64,000 nt of DNA, taken from assembly GCF_006345805.1 (NCBI RefSeq), contig NC_043001.1:30194001-30258000 (forward strand), written 5' to 3'. The stretch comes from Octopus sinensis. Taxonomy: Eukaryota. Positions 1 to 13,800 of this stretch are shown here, piece after piece. A program made the translations under genes and the position numbers. A model generated the notes under the pieces. That model searched no databases. It was not told where the DNA came from and saw only the letters and a list, made by a program, of their open reading frames with translations. Within the stretch, counting starts at the first letter, position 1. Each line of letters opens with the position of its first letter.

Positions 1-1344
1 CAATGCCATAGCAACTGAGGCAGGCAGGTGCGGCCTACATCAACCTTTGGGCTGGCTGGCTGGCTGGTGCCTATTCTCCCTTGCTATCATGAGGCTTTTT
101 TGGAGCAGGGTTTTCTACGGGGAACATGCCCTTACTTACCTCCAGCCTCAGTTTCTAGACATGAGTGGCCCCAAGACCAAGGCCTCTACCACAATTTTTA
201 AGAAATGTGGTGGAAAACAATCTCAGGACAGCAGGGACGCTTCACCCTGAGACTCCTTTCGGAGCCCCTCTATCCACAATTGGTATTGATTTTATTGACC
301 TCAGCAGAATTTGAACCCAGAGTATAAACATGGATGAAGTGCCACAGAGCATTTTGCCCAGTGTGCTAATGGTTCTGCCAGCTTGCCACCTTCCTCCTCC
401 TTAATATTAATAGTGTTGACTTCTTACATAAACACAAAGCCACAAAAGTATCAATGACGGAATTGTTAGTATATTTTACCCTTTGAAGCATTACAGTTTT
501 CTCAATATCCTAATTACTCTTTCTTTCATAGTAACAAATATCATTGTGTCTTCTAGAAGTATTTTGAATTGAGATGCATTTACATAGTTTAGTCTGACCA
601 AACTGTTCTTTTAGTTCATGGTTGTATTATAGAGAGCACATTATCTTAACAGTGAATTAAGGCAAAATTAACAAGAAACCTCTGTGAGGTCACTTGGCCT
701 GCTAGAAATAACAGCCAAATCTCCTCCAATGTTGTCTAACATTGCCCTTAAAAAGAGAGAGTTGTCATCGCTGAAGCACCTGAGATCAAGTTTCTGCTCA
801 GTCAGAGTAAAAGCTGAATAGATGTAAGCTGTTGGACTGTAAGTTATGCTGAGTCTATATCTTATCAGAAATGTTAAACCAAGGTTTGGTAATATTAAGA
901 AAGTCATCTCACAGTTGAGTGTTAGTGACCATGCTACTCCCCAACTTTAATTCATTTAACAAATTAGCAACAGGGCTTGTAGTTAAATCATCCATCCATC
1001 TTCTCTGTCCACTATTCTTATGAGGGTCGTGGGCGGATGGGGTAAAATCTTCAGGAACCTCCTTCATAGGATACTATCAGAAGCAACTATCATTAAATTT
1101 TCCACCTGGATTCCCAAGCATGACCTACTGAGACTATGGATATTATCCAGCTATCTCATTCTTGGTCTACCCCTAGGACCCCTATGAGTTGGCTCAGTTT
1201 GAAGAATCTATCTTGCGATTCTTCCCTGCAACATTTTAATCACATGTCCTTAATACCAGAGCTGTAACCTTTCAATGCAGAGAAGTTAAATCATTTAGCT
1301 AATTAATTAAATTTTAACAATTTCAACTTCAGGTGTCATCATCA

Positions 1345-1770
1345 TCTGCAAAATCATCGTTTAACATCCGTTTTCCATGCTAGCATGGGTTGGACAATTC
1401 GACCGGGGTCTGGGAAGCCAGGAGACTGCACCAGGCTCCAGTTTGATCTGGCAGTGTTTCTACAGCTGGATGCCCTTCCTAATGCCAACCACACCATGAG
1501 TGTAGTAGGTGCTTTTTATGTGCCACCAGCACAGGTGCCAGGGGAGGCTGGCAGCAGCCACGATCGGTTGGTGCTTTTTACATGCCACCGGCACGGAAGC
1601 CAGTCATGGCAGCACTGTCATCAGCCATGTTCGGATGATGCTTTTTACATGCCACCAGCATAGGTATCACAACTACAATTTCCATTAGATTTTTTTATTT
1701 TGATGTTGATGTACTTGACTCAATAGGTCTCCTCAAGCACAACAGGTCACCCTACGACCCAAGGTAAGCA
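1345..1770 (-). mobile_element. RTE-LINE 3' tail
   Basis: TTTAACATCCGTTTTCCATGCTAGCATGGGTTGGA...CTGGATGCCCTTCCTAATGCCAACC. Confidence 0.8.
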
Positions 1771-1842
1771 AAAATTTTCAAAACTTTTTTTGTTTTACAT
1801 TTAAGGGAGTAAAAAATAACTTTTTCTTTCTTTTATTTAAAG

Positions 1843-2050
1843 GGATGAATTGAATCTGAATTCACATGTGAGAAAATCGGATGCTTTGGAATCTATCACT
1901 TCGATTGTTCTGGGTACTGAAGGCAATGTTCGATATACACTTCCGCAAAAACATCTTACTGTTGAGCAACAAATTACAGCACTCATTGATTTGGCTACAG
2001 ACCCAAATATTTTGATCAGAACATTTGAAGGCTGGAATCCATTGCTTTAA
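1843..2050 (+). CDS. PRKDC: Terminal coding exon of DNA-dependent protein kinase catalytic subunit (FATC domain)
   Basis: Acceptor ttttctttcttttatttaaag| at 1842, phase 2. Translates DELNLNSH...LTVEQQITALIDLATDPNILIRTFEGWNPLL-stop. ATDPNIL.RT.EGW.P matches the DNA-PKcs FATC end (ATDPNILGRTWEGWEPWM, recalled) better than ATM, ATR, mTOR or SMG1. Upstream exons not found in the window. Confidence 0.9.
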
Positions 2051-2190
2051 ATCTAAATCATACTATCAATTTTTTAAAATTCATTTGTTGAATCACTTTG
2101 TTACATTTTAATTTTTTAAAACTTAATTCAAAACATCTTTTCTTAAAATCACCTAAAATGTTACACTGTATTTTTAAATGTATGTGGGAA

Positions 2191-2201
2191 ATTAAAATAA
2201 A
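2191..2201 (+). terminator. Overlapping ATTAAA/AATAAA polyadenylation signals of PRKDC
   Basis: ATTAAAATAAA about 140 nt after the stop codon, followed by T-rich sequence. Confidence 0.5.
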
Positions 2202-4026
2202 GGAAATGTTTATAAAACAATTATTTTTTGGAAATTAATTTATCATTACTTGAAGATAGTATAATTAGGTATGATTATGTGGCCCAAAAGTTCACACCCC
2301 AACTATATGGTTTTGGGTTTAGTCCCAGTGCATGGCACTTTGGGCTAACCAAAGCCTTGTGAGTGATTTTGGTAGCTGGAAACTGAAAGAACCCATCATA
2401 TATGTATGTATTTGTAACGATAGGAATAAATTTGTAAACATTACTATGTTATGTTTTGGTCAGCTGGTGTGACGATAATTATTTTGTAGTTATTAATTGC
2501 ATGTTGTAAGATGTGAAAGATGAACAATGCATGAAGTTTTAAGGAAGTATTTATTTACTGTTACGTTACAATACCATGCCTCGACGGGCAGGTTGTGATA
2601 AATCTAAAAGCTTGCGAAGTAAAGTTTGTGTTTGTGTCCTCTTCATTGTTTAGTAGTAGTAATTCACAGAGAGAGATAGAATGATGTTGTAAGAGAACAG
2701 AATTAGAGCTAGAGAGAATTGTAGGGTGTTGTCTCACAGTTGCTTTCTCCCTCTGACCAAGGTTGGTCAGCCAGACCTCGTTGAGTCGTCACCAACTGTG
2801 ACTAACTGTGTTGAGTCATCACGATTGTGACAAACTGATTTTTGCTTGGGATGTGCTTGCTTATATAACCATCCAGAAGGATAGATATATCATTGAGAAC
2901 AATAGATTTAGTTGGTGGTCTTGTTATCTCTATTCTAGCTTTTGGGTAAGTAGAAGAGGTTAGAAAGGGTCAAGTGGTGAAGACATTATTTCAGCCTAGC
3001 TAAAGGCATCTGGAAAATGTAAAACTGCTGTCACAGAAAAACCATTGTTCCACCATGGGAAAAGTTCTGTTGCAGTGTTAATTTAAATTTGGCTATGGTG
3101 GATCGAATCCACTTCATGCATGCAAGATCCACTACATATATATGTGTGTGTTTGTGTCCCTTTGTCTAGACATCATGTGAGAGTTATAAAAGAGCATTGT
3201 TGCCATACAAATAGTGTTTTTCATTTTCAATCTTCCATGGAAGGATGAAAGGATGAAAGGCAAAGTCGACCTTGGCGGAATTTGAACTCAGAACATAGCG
3301 GCAGACGAAATACCGCTAAGCATTTTGCCCAGCGTGCTAACGTTTCTGCCAGCTCGCCACCTAGACTCTGTAGAGTGGTTGGTGTTATAAAGAGCATCCA
3401 ACTGTAGAAACCAAACCAAAACAAACTGGAGTCTGGTGCAGCTCTCTGGCTTACCAGTTACAGTCAAACTGAATAACCCATGTCATGGAAAACAGATGCT
3501 AAATGGTGGTGGTAGTGGCAGTGGCTTACATTGTTAGGATGCCATACAAATGAGAATGAAATGATAATCCTAGCTAATAAATTGTCTTGAGGATTTATGC
3601 TGTTATATTTTCTATTGAATAAGATTTCTTATTTTGCTTTATATGTAAATGTAAATCAAGGATTTCCAAAGCAATTTCAGATCAATGAATTCATCCTAAG
3701 TACTCCATACACAACCTAATAAAATATTATTCAGAAGAAATATTAGACTGATGCCTGAGGGTCACATCAAGTGGCTTCTAGCAGCAGAAGCTTGAACTAT
3801 AACAGGTTTGTCCCACAGGACATTTCCAATTACTTTTGGGTACCCCCTCATATGTTCTTCATCAGCAGAAGTTTAACTTAAAACCATACAGAATGATTAA
3901 GCAAACAATTAATTAGTTATATAGCTAATCAGTTAAGAAATAATAAAGAAGTGAAATTGAACAAGTGCTTGTTTTTATTATTGCAAACGAAATACAGAAA
4001 CAAAATTTTTTATTTTATTTTATTTA

Positions 4027-4745
4027 TAGGTGTAAGAGTGGCTGTGTGGTAAGTAGCTTGTTTACCAACCACATGGTTCCGGGTTCAGTCCCACTGCATG
4101 GCACCTTGGGCAAATGTCTTCTACTATAGCTTCGGGCTGACCAAAACCTTGTGAGTGGATTCGGTAAACGGAAACTGAAAGAAGCCTGTCGTATATGTGT
4201 GTGTGTGTCTGTGTTTGTCCCCCCAACATCGCTTGACAACCGATGCCGGTGTGTTTACGTCCCCGTAACTTAGCGGTTCGGCAAAAGACACCGATAGAAT
4301 AAGTACTAGGATTACAAAGAATAAGTCCTGGGGTCGATTTGCTCGACTAAAGGCGGTGCTCCAGCATGGCCACAGTCAAAATGACTGAAACAAGTAAAAG
4401 AGAGTATATTATATAGGCACAGGCGTGGCTGTGTGATAAGAAGCTTGCTTCCCAACCACATGATTCTGGGTTCAGTCCCACTACATGGCACCTTGGGCTA
4501 GTGCCTTCTACTATTGTCTCGGGCTAACCAAAGCCTTGTAAGTGGATTTGGTAGACAGAAACCGAAAGAAGCTGACATATATATATATGTGTGTGTATTT
4601 ACAATGTTGGTGCATTTACGTCCCTGTAACTTAGTGGTTCGGCAAAAGAGACTGATAGAATAAGTACTAGGCTTACAAAGAGTAAGTCTTGGGGTCGATT
4701 TCTTCAACTGAAAAAAAGCCTTTAAGGCAGTGATCCAGCATAAGA
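4027..4745 (+). mobile_element. Two tandem tRNA-derived CORE-type SINEs (family A)
   Basis: GTGGCTGTGTGGTAAG (box A), GGTTCAGTCCC (box B), CCTTGGGCAA core, internal (TG)n, tail GACTGAAACAAGTAAAAG. Confidence 0.85.
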
Positions 4746-4979
4746 GTCCTTGGATAGAAAGCACTGTTTTCTTCTGGGATATTTTTTTCTTGTTTTCTCG
4801 TTAATATTTACATCCCTCTTTGATACACATTAGCTAAAGGTATGCATAGGCACAGGCTTGGCTGTATGGTAAGAAGCTTGCTTCGTAACCACATGGTTCC
4901 AGGTTCAGTCCCACAATAGAATAAGTACTAGGCTTACAAAGAATAAGTCCTGGGGCCAATTTCAGTCAAATAGTATGAT

Positions 4980-5385
4980 TATTACCAGTGTCGCTTTACT
5001 GGCACTTGAGCCTCGTGCTAGTAGGGTGCTAAGAGCACCATCTGAGCGTGATCATTGCCAGAGCAGCTAACTGGCTTCCGTGCAGGTGGCATGTAAAAGG
5101 TACCATTTGAGTGTGATCGTTACCAGCGTCACCTTACTGGCACTTGTAAAAACATTCGAACGAGGACCTTGCAAGTACCGCCTGACTGGCCCTCGTGCCG
5201 GTGGCACGTAAAAGCACCCACTACACTCTCGGAGTGGTTGGCGTTAGGAAGGGCATCCAGCTGTAGAAACTCTGCCAGATCAAGATTGGAGCCTGGTGCA
5301 GCCATCTGGTTCGCCAGCCCTCAGTCAAATCGTCCAACCCATGCTAGCATGGAAAGTGGATGTTAAACGATGATGATGATGATGA
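4980..5385 (+). mobile_element. RTE-LINE 3' tail
   Basis: GTAAAAGCACCCACTACACTCTCGGAGTGG...GTTAAAC(GAT)n. Confidence 0.8.
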
Positions 5386-6169
5386 CTGAAACAAGTAAGA
5401 GAATAGAAAAGATAGACACACAAATGTACCTTTGGTGTATCTATACAGTGCTCTTCATCACAGACCATACTACAGACCCTGCATCAGAATTTCTCATAGA
5501 ACAGGGTTCATGAAAGTTGCACAAGGGAATGTCTCAACACATCTTCACCATTATCTCTCCTATGACCACCCTCTTTATCTTACTCTTCTAACTCTCCTTC
5601 CTTTTCCAACTGGAGTATCCATGTATCTACTCTACAGCAAGACACCTAAATCTGTCCCTCTATACTTTTAATCTCTCAACTGGCACAAAGCTACTTGCTC
5701 TCAAAACTACTGCCCCAGCTCTCAGTTGAGGAGCTTTTGTCTTACAAAGTACTTGATGATCTTGTCAGTACTGGTGTCACATAAAAAGCACCCAGTTCTC
5801 TCTGTAAAGTGGTTAATGTTAGGAAGGGCATCCATGCCAAAACAGACAACAGAACTTGGTGTGGCTCCTGGCCTTGCCAGTTCCTACCAAACCGTCCAAC
5901 CCATGCCAGCATGGAAAATAAATGTTAAATAATGAGGATGAGGTGGTGGCAGTGGCTGCTGCTGCTACTGTTCATGGAGTGGGGTGGTTGGTTTTGATAA
6001 CAAAGATTGTGGACAGATTACAAGGCAGTGTAAAACCTGTCCCAACCATGCCAGTATGAAAAAAAACAGATTTAAAATAATGTTGGTAAGAGAGATGACT
6101 GCGCTGGTATGATCATGTGATGTGTATGGACAAGGACAATTGTGTAATGAAGTGCTGATCTCTAACTGG

Positions 6170-6795
6170 AGGGAATTTGTGGTAGAGCTAGACCCAGGAA
6201 GACATGGTACCAGGTAGTGAAGCTTAACCTTCAATCTTTGAACCTCGCAGAGGCAATGAGTAGTAACCAAGACCTTTGGTGATGTGCTCTGCTTAAGAGG
6301 ACCCACCAAGCCAAATGCACTCGTGCTGGTGGCACATACAAAAAACAAATTAATCTTTGAATGTTGGGCCTCACAGAGGCAAAGTGACTGAGTTCCTTTT
6401 GAGTTGGCTTCACAGAGGTGAGGTGGCTGAGTTTCTTTCAAACGTTGGGCTTCATAGAGGCAAAGTGGCAAAGCTCCTTTCAAGTGTTGGGCCTCACGGA
6501 AGCAATGACCAAGACCTTTGGTGTTATGCTGTGCATGAGAAGAGGACCCATCAAGCCAAGTAAAATTGCAGTCGTGGCAGAAACTGGTGTCACGCGAATG
6601 GCACCTATGCCAGTTGCACATAAAAGCACCCATTACACTCTCAGAGTGGTTGCCATTGGGAAGGGCATCCAGCCATAGAAAACCATGCCAAATCAGACTG
6701 GATCCTGGTGCTGCCTTCTAGCGTGCCAGCCCAGTCAAACCATCCAACCCATGCCAGCATGGACAATGGACATTAAATGATGATGCTGATGATGG
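6170..6795 (+). mobile_element. RTE-LINE ORF2 end plus 3' UTR
   Basis: GRARPRKTWYQVVK...EAMTKTFG...RTHQAK, followed by the common (GAT)n-tailed repeat. This links that abundant repeat to an RTE LINE. Confidence 0.75.
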
Positions 6796-6944
6796 TGTAA
6801 AGCATATTAAAATAAATTAATCTTATTACAGAATGTTGCAATTGTGAATTTTCAACTGCTTTTAAATCACATTTATTGCAGAGGTAGAGAGGTATAAAAA
6901 AGGAGGTACAGTAAATAGGAAATAGGGATACAATACCATTTTAT

Positions 6945-7280
6945 TCATCATCATCATCATTTAACGTCCACTTTCCATGCTAGCATGGGTTGGATGATTT
7001 GACTGAGGACTGGCAAACCAGATGGCTGCAACAGGCTCCAGTCTGATCCAGCAGAGTTTCTACAGCTGGATGCCCTTTCTTACGCTAACCACTCTGAGAG
7101 TGTAGTGGGTGCTTTTACATGCCACCAGCACGAGGGCCAGTCAGGCGATACTGGCAACAGTCACACTCAAATGGTGTTTTTTATGTGCCACCTGCACAGG
7201 AGCCAGCCCAGTGGCTCTGGCAATGACCTCACTCGAATGTTTTTTCACGTGCCAGTAAGGCGACGCTGGTATTTATTACA
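6945..7280 (-). mobile_element. RTE-LINE 3' tail
   Basis: Same family, tail-to-tail with 6170-6795. Confidence 0.8.
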
Positions 7281-8074
7281 GCAAGTAATTTTGAAGAGAA
7301 AGCATGTTAATACATTTAAAACTATCATTATAAAATATTTAAAAGATTTAAACAAAGCATTTAAATGCATTTTGAAAATATCAAAATAATCATTTAAGAT
7401 GCATTTTTAAAATTAAAAAGGAATACATGAATCATATACCACTAGTGTTAGATAGCAAGTACATGCTTATTACAAATTTTAGAGTACTGTAAGCTTGAAG
7501 TTTCCCCTTATTCTGGATGCCATGTGTTATTTCAAATATGTACTGTAGCTAGAAAGTAGGTTTCATTTTGCCAGATAAAGTTAACTTATATGTACACTAG
7601 CATCCAAACCAGGGAAGATATTTCTTGTCTGCCATTTATTTAACAGCATAGATATCAGTGACAACTGATCTGCTTTCATTTCTTAATATCATAATATTAT
7701 AATTTGGACGAGACCATACAGCTAAGTGGATGAGACATTAGACTACTAGTTTACAGCTTATAAGTTCTTATCTATGAACTCAATTCACCTAGCTACAGGA
7801 AATATGACTGACACCTGTGACACTTACAATAGACTGAATTCTATCCAGTTGGTAGAGTGGATATATTTCTCATCTGCTTAATACTCCAAAAATCTGGATT
7901 TAAGCTCTGGCTTTATGAACCACTGTGGAACCATAGCAATATACCAAAGTGTCAGTCTACTAAATTACAGAGACTGGTTTCCTTTCACTTTACTCCCATC
8001 TCAAAGTACATCAAGGGATTTATCCGAGATTTGTTTGTCTTTCATCAGCTTGCAGGTGTCAGTAAGATTGTATT

Positions 8075-8500
8075 TATTCTAGTTTATATCACACCAAATT
8101 TCAATATTCTTCTTGTGTGTTTCCCTGTTTTAGGTATGACTTTGGCTCTGTGGTTGCTTTACAACCAAATTGTTTAGGTTCAGTCCCACTGCATGGAACC
8201 TTGAGCAAGTGTCTTTTAATATAGCCCCAAGATAATCTGTGCCTTGTAAATTAATTTGGTAGATGAAAACTGTGAAGACCATCGTATATGTGTGTGTATG
8301 TGTGCATGTGTCTGTCATCCCACCCACCTGACAACTAATGTTGGTTTGTTTGCATCCCTGCAACTTAGCAGTTTGGCAAATGAGTCTGATAGAATAAGTA
8401 CCATAAGTACTGGGGGGCAATTTGTTTGACTAAAACTTTACGAGGCATTGCCCTAGTATGGCTACTGTCCAATGATTGAAACAAGTAAAAGACAAGATAT
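8075..8500 (+). mobile_element. SINE family A, diverged
   Basis: Same head, core and tail motifs. Confidence 0.7.
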
Positions 8501-9029
8501 GCACATCAATCATACAAAAAAATAAACACAGTGAAGGACGCAATGACCTTTCAACAAGAAAGAAAAATATTCTTGAAGTGTTTTAAAACTTTGTCATAGA
8601 AAAACAAATTCTAAAGCCTTATACTTCAATCCTCTGTAGCGACAAATATCTTTAATACTATCAGTCTTAGGCACATAAAATTTAGTTCATTATTCTGATA
8701 AAGCAATTAATTTATGATATAGAAGTTATCTCATTTAATATTTACTTTAGCAACTAAGATTAAGTTATAGGTCCTAGATACAGCTACATATGCATACGTG
8801 TATGTATGTATGTATGTATGTATGTATGTATGGATGTATTTTTTTTCCTTTACGAGTTTCAGCTTCAGAGCTGGGGTGTGTATGTTTATTTTTAATATCT
8901 GTTTCCACAGATGTATATATTTTATAGCATCTGTTTCAGATCATTTTATCCCTTGTTACTTTTTCATCTTCTAACTATATTTTTATTGTCATCATCACCA
9001 CCGCCACCGTCATCATCATCATCATCGTC

Positions 9030-9810
9030 AAAAAGTACCCAGTACACTCTGTAAAGTGGTTGGTGCTAGGAAAGGCATCCAGCCATAGAAATCATGCCAA
9101 AACAGACAACTGGAGCCTGGTGCAGCCCTCCTGCTTTCCAGCTCCTGTCAAGCTATCCAACCCATGCCAGCATGGAAAATGGACGTTAAAGGATGATGAT
9201 GATGGTGATCTATGTATATGCACATTTACACAAATGTATATCATCATCATTATCATTTAACATCCATTTTCCATGCTGGCATGGGTTGGACGGTTTGACT
9301 GGGGACTGGCAAGCCGGCAAGCTGCACCAGGCTCCAATCTGATCTGGCAAGATTTCTACAGCTGGATGCCCTTCCTAATGCCAACTACTCTGAGAGTGTA
9401 GTGGGTGCGTTTTATGTTCCACCGGCATGGGAGCGAATCAAGCAGCACTGGTATTGACCCACATTTGAATGGTGCTTATTACGTGCCACCAGCACGGGTG
9501 CCAGTCAGGCAGCACTGGCATCGGCCACAACTACAATTTCCATTTTGATTTTGATTTGATTTAATTTTACTTCACTCAATAGGTCTTCTCAAGCACAGCA
9601 TACCATCTGACAATTCAAGGATACTTTTTAAAAGGCTGCTTATGCGACACTGGTATGGGCCACAGCAGTGATCTCACTTTACTTGCCAAGTCATTGGCCA
9701 CAATTCAATTTCACTTGACTCAACAGGTCTTCTCAAGCACAGTATATCGCTTGAAAATTCAAGGATACTTTTAAATGGGCTGATTATGCAACACCGGTAT
9801 CAACCACAGC
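9030..9810. mobile_element. Tail-to-tail pair of RTE-LINE 3' tails (9030-9210 +, 9240-9810 -)
   Basis: Two (GAT)n/(CAT)n tails about 35 nt apart; the minus copy has an internal direct repeat. Confidence 0.8.
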
Positions 9811-10229
9811 TGTGATCATACTAGCTTCATTTCTTTCAAGCCTACACATCTCCTCAGTAGTAACAGCCCATGTTTTGCTGCCGTGTAGCATGGCTGTTCG
9901 CACACATGCATCATACAGTCTACTTTCCACTCTGAGCAAAAGGCCCTTTATTACCAACAGAGGTTATTAATGAAAGGGCTCTGTAAACCACTGTTTTCTT
10001 TTTCTTGTTTCTTGTTTCTTCTTCTGATGGTGTCAATTTCAGTCTTGTTACTTCTCTTTTTAACAATTTTCTACTGTTCTTCACTGTCTCAAAGTTTACA
10101 TGCACCTCTCTGACTTCAAGCTGTTTAACAGTTGTAACAATATTATCGCAGCCTGCTACTGAGCATAGCTCCTGGCACGTGTTTGTACTTCTTTCACATT
10201 CTCTGTAATTTTTGCCCCCACTAGGGAAA

Positions 10230-12590
10230 AAAAAGCAACAAAGGCAAATAATATCACAAGTCAAAACAATCAACAACAGATATCCTATCCGCAACGATAC
10301 AAAATACAAAAGAACCAAAAAGTGCACACTACACTGTACTTCACACTGTCAGAAAAGAAAGAACCAAACTGGGGGAAAAGAATACGAATGAAGCTGAAAA
10401 AGACATGGAAAGAACTGAGGTGATTGAATAGGATAATGAGAGGAGAACTCAAAAATAAGGGAGTAATCAGAAAATTGAATGGACAGTACTGGTTAGAAGA
10501 AAGGGGAAAACAAACAGTACATGAAGAATTGATACAAAAGGTGACAGCATTAAAGACCAAATTGAAAAGATGTGATGCTAGATACAAAGGTTTCAAACAG
10601 AGTACACTGTTCCAATCAAATAGAAGGTGTCTATTTGAGGAAATAGAGGGAGGCCAACACCAGAAACTGATTCCAGATACAGAAGAAAGTAAAGAATTTG
10701 GGGGAAGGCTGTGGAACAAGCCGACAAGACATAAAGAAGGCACAGAGTGGCTAACAAAGGTGGAAAGACAACTTGCAGCTGTACCAAGACAAAAGGATGT
10801 CAGAATTAATTTATTTACAGTGAGGCAGGAGTTAGGAAAAAAAATAGCAAATTGGAAAGGACCAGGCCCAGATGGAGTACAAGGCTATTGGCTGAAGAAC
10901 TTTTACACAGTTGCATGAAAGGATTGCTGTGCAATTGGATGACTGCCTGCAGCAAGGTCACATCCTTGCTTGGATGACAAGTAGGTGAGGTTTGTGCAAA
11001 ATTGAGAAACAGCTTGAAAGTCTTGTATATACTATCTGCATTTTCTCAAATGACATGGGAATGGGATTTGGGATAGAAAAGTGTGCTTTATTGAAAATGA
11101 AATGAGGAAGATTTGAAAGAAGCCAAGGAATCAAAATGCCAAACAAGCAAACAATGAGATCAGTTGGGAAAGGACAGTGGTATAAGTACTTGGGAATACT
11201 AGAAGCAGACAAAAAAAAAATGAATAAATGAAACAAATTACCAATATGCAGTACACAAGGAGAGTCAGAAGATTATTGAAGTCAAATCTGAATTCCAAAA
11301 ATCTTATTGAAGCAATAAATTCCAGGGCAGCATCCTTAATCAGATCACAATGGCCCAGTGGTTAGGGCATTGGACTCGTGGTCGGAGGATTGCGGTTTCA
11401 ATTCCCAGACCGGGCATTGTGTGTGTTTATTGAGCAAAAACACCCAAAAGCTCCATGAGGCTCTGGCAGGGGGTGGTTGTACTCTTTCGCCACAACTTTC
11501 TCACTCTCTCTTCCTGTTTCTTGAGTAACACCGCAATGGACTGGCATCCCGTCCAGCTGGGAGGAACACATATGCCACAGAAACTGGGAAAACAGGCCCA
11601 TGAGCCTGGCTAGGCTTGAAAAGGCCGAAATTTATCATTTTTTTATCCTTAATTAGATATGGTGTTGGAATTATTGACTAAACCAGAAACAATATAAAAG
11701 AAACTTGACAGAAAAACTAGGAAGTTGTTGACAATGTATGGACCCCACCATCTGAAAGCTCATATCAATCAGCTGTACTTGTGGAGAGATCAGGGTGGGA
11801 GAGGCTTAATAGCAGTAGAAGAATGGGTACAGTTGAAAAGAAAAGTCTGCTAAAGTATTTGCAGAGCCGCATAGAAACACTACTAAAAAAAGATAATAAA
11901 GAACAGGTGATGAAGTGTGTAATAGGAGCCAATTTTTGGGGAAAGCCACTGAAAACGTATGTGGAACAAAATTCTGGGTTTGGTCAAAAAGGGGGCAATT
12001 AAAACAAGTAACAGAAAGCCTGATTGTAGCAGTCCAAGATCAAGCAATAAAAACAAACAACTTGAGAAAAAATATGTATGGAGAGAATATGTCAGAAAAA
12101 TTTAGAGCTTGTAGAACTTGGAATGAGACAGTGTCACACATTGTGACAGTATGCCCCATGTTGTCACAGGAAGAATATAAGAAATGGAGACACAACCAGG
12201 GTAAAGTTATACACTGGAAACTGTGCCAAAAATTGGGATTTGAAGCTGGAAACACATAGTACCATCATTGAGTCAAAAGAGTAATGTAAGTACTATCATT
12301 GAGTTGGAAAAATATAAGATTTTGTGGGACTTTCCTATTCAAATAGACAAAAAATTAGAAAATAATAGACCAGACATAATGATTATAGATAGGGAAAAGC
12401 AAAGTTGCTTACTTATCAACCCATCATGCCCATTTGATTCGAAGATCATAAAAGAAGGGGAAACAAAAAACAAAAAAAATACTGTCCCTTAAAATTTGAA
12501 ATAGGAAAAATTTGGAGCATGCAAACAATAAAAGTCATGCCTATAATAATTGGTGCATTTGGAACAGTAAGCCAAGATATAGAATTGTTC
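10230..12590 (+). mobile_element. R4/Dong-clade non-LTR retrotransposon (RT plus restriction-like endonuclease), degenerate and internally deleted
   Basis: NWKGPGPDGVQGYWLK; FGIEKCA; YKYLGILEAD; LYLWRDQGGRGL; ETVSHIVTVCP (degenerate CCHC knuckle); KILWDFPIQ...NNRPDIMIID (RLE PD motif). The central RT segment, including YxDD, is missing. Confidence 0.85.
11346..11640 (+). mobile_element. tRNA-derived SINE (family B) inserted into the R4/Dong LINE
   Basis: Box A TGGCCCAGTGGTTAG, box B GGTTTCAATTCCC, core-like TTGAGCAAAAAC. It splits the LINE reading frame. Confidence 0.75.
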
Positions 12591-12869
12591 CATATACTGC
12601 AACATATCAAGTAATCCAACTAAGATTCTACCTAAAATGTCTTTTAACCCTTTAGCATTTAAATCAGCCATATTTGGCCCTAATATTCTACTTGTTTTAT
12701 CTTCAAACTGACCAGATCTGACCTTTCATACCTATTTGTGTGTGACTTTCACCAAGTCATACACAAGGAAGATGTTGAACTCAGCATTGCAGGCTAAAAA
12801 AATACTCTTCAGTGTGTTGGCAGAAACCAATGATCCAGTTCCTTATTTACTATCCAGCTGTGACTTGTG

Positions 12870-13420
12870 GAGGCACGTGGCTTAGTGGTTAGGGTGTCAG
12901 CATCATGATCGTAAGATTGTGGTTTTGATTCCTGGACTGGGTGACGTGTTGTGTTCTTGAGCAAAACTCTTCATTTCACATTGCTCCAGTCCACTCAGCT
13001 AGCAAAAATGAGTAACGTTACAATGGACTGGCGTCCCATCCAGCTGGGGAACACATAAGCCATTGAAACCAGGAAACCGAGTCCATGAGCCTGGCTAGGC
13101 TTTAAAAAGGCGCATTTATTATTTTGTGGAGGCACATGGTCTAGTGGTTAGAGCAGCAGACTCACGGTCAAGGGATCGCAGGTTCGAATCTCAGACCGGG
13201 TGATGTGTGTGTTTATGAGCAAAACACCTAAGCTCTACGTGGCTCTGGCAGAAGGTAATGGCGAACTTCAGCTGACTCTTTCACCACAACTTTCTCTCAC
13301 TCTTTCCTCCTGCTTCTTGCAGCTCACCTGCGACAGACCGGCATCCCGTCCAGGTGGGGAACCTATATGCCAAGGAAATCGGGAAACCGGCTCTTATGAG
13401 CCAGGCATGGCTTGAGTAGG
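12870..13420 (+). mobile_element. Two tandem tRNA-derived SINEs (family B)
   Basis: Heads GGAGGCACGTGGCTTAGTGG (about 12870) and GGAGGCACATGGTCTAGTGG (about 13127), each with box B and a TGAGCAAAAC core. Confidence 0.75.
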
Positions 13421-13800
13421 AACAAAAAATCCAGCTGTGACTCAGTTGCTTTATAGAATTGTTCCGTATACTGCTACATATCAAGTAATCCAAAAGAACT
13501 ACCAGGTTTTCTATTTTATTAAAAGAAAGTTTAAATATTATTTTATTTATGAAACAGTCTGTATATATCTAAATGTAAATATTAGTTGGTTGAAATTAAT
13601 GACATGTGTCACATATTGTCTAATTCATAATCTAGAAAAGAAAAAAATCATTTTTATATTACTCTGCCTTCATACAGTTACAGGAAGAAAGACTTAAAGG
13701 AATTAACTGATATCATTGCCATAAATCTGGTACCAGCATATCTAAAGACCAAATTTCCAACAATGTAACAACACAAATAATTACATTACTAAAAATATTA

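Noticed and set aside
47-250. 67-aa ORF as a gene
   Set aside because: No splice context or motif; it looks like a retroposon UTR fragment.
1-1842. Penultimate PRKDC exon
   Set aside because: No segment encoding the expected sequence preceding the DEL motif, with a phase-2 donor, was found; it is probably upstream of the window.
2413-3034. Solo LTR
   Set aside because: LTR-like composition and TG...CA candidates, but no matching target-site duplication could be found.
13127-13200. tRNA gene
   Set aside because: Boxes A and B are present but there is no acceptor stem, and the sequence continues into SINE core and tail. The same applies to the other SINE heads and the relic at about 51165-51240.
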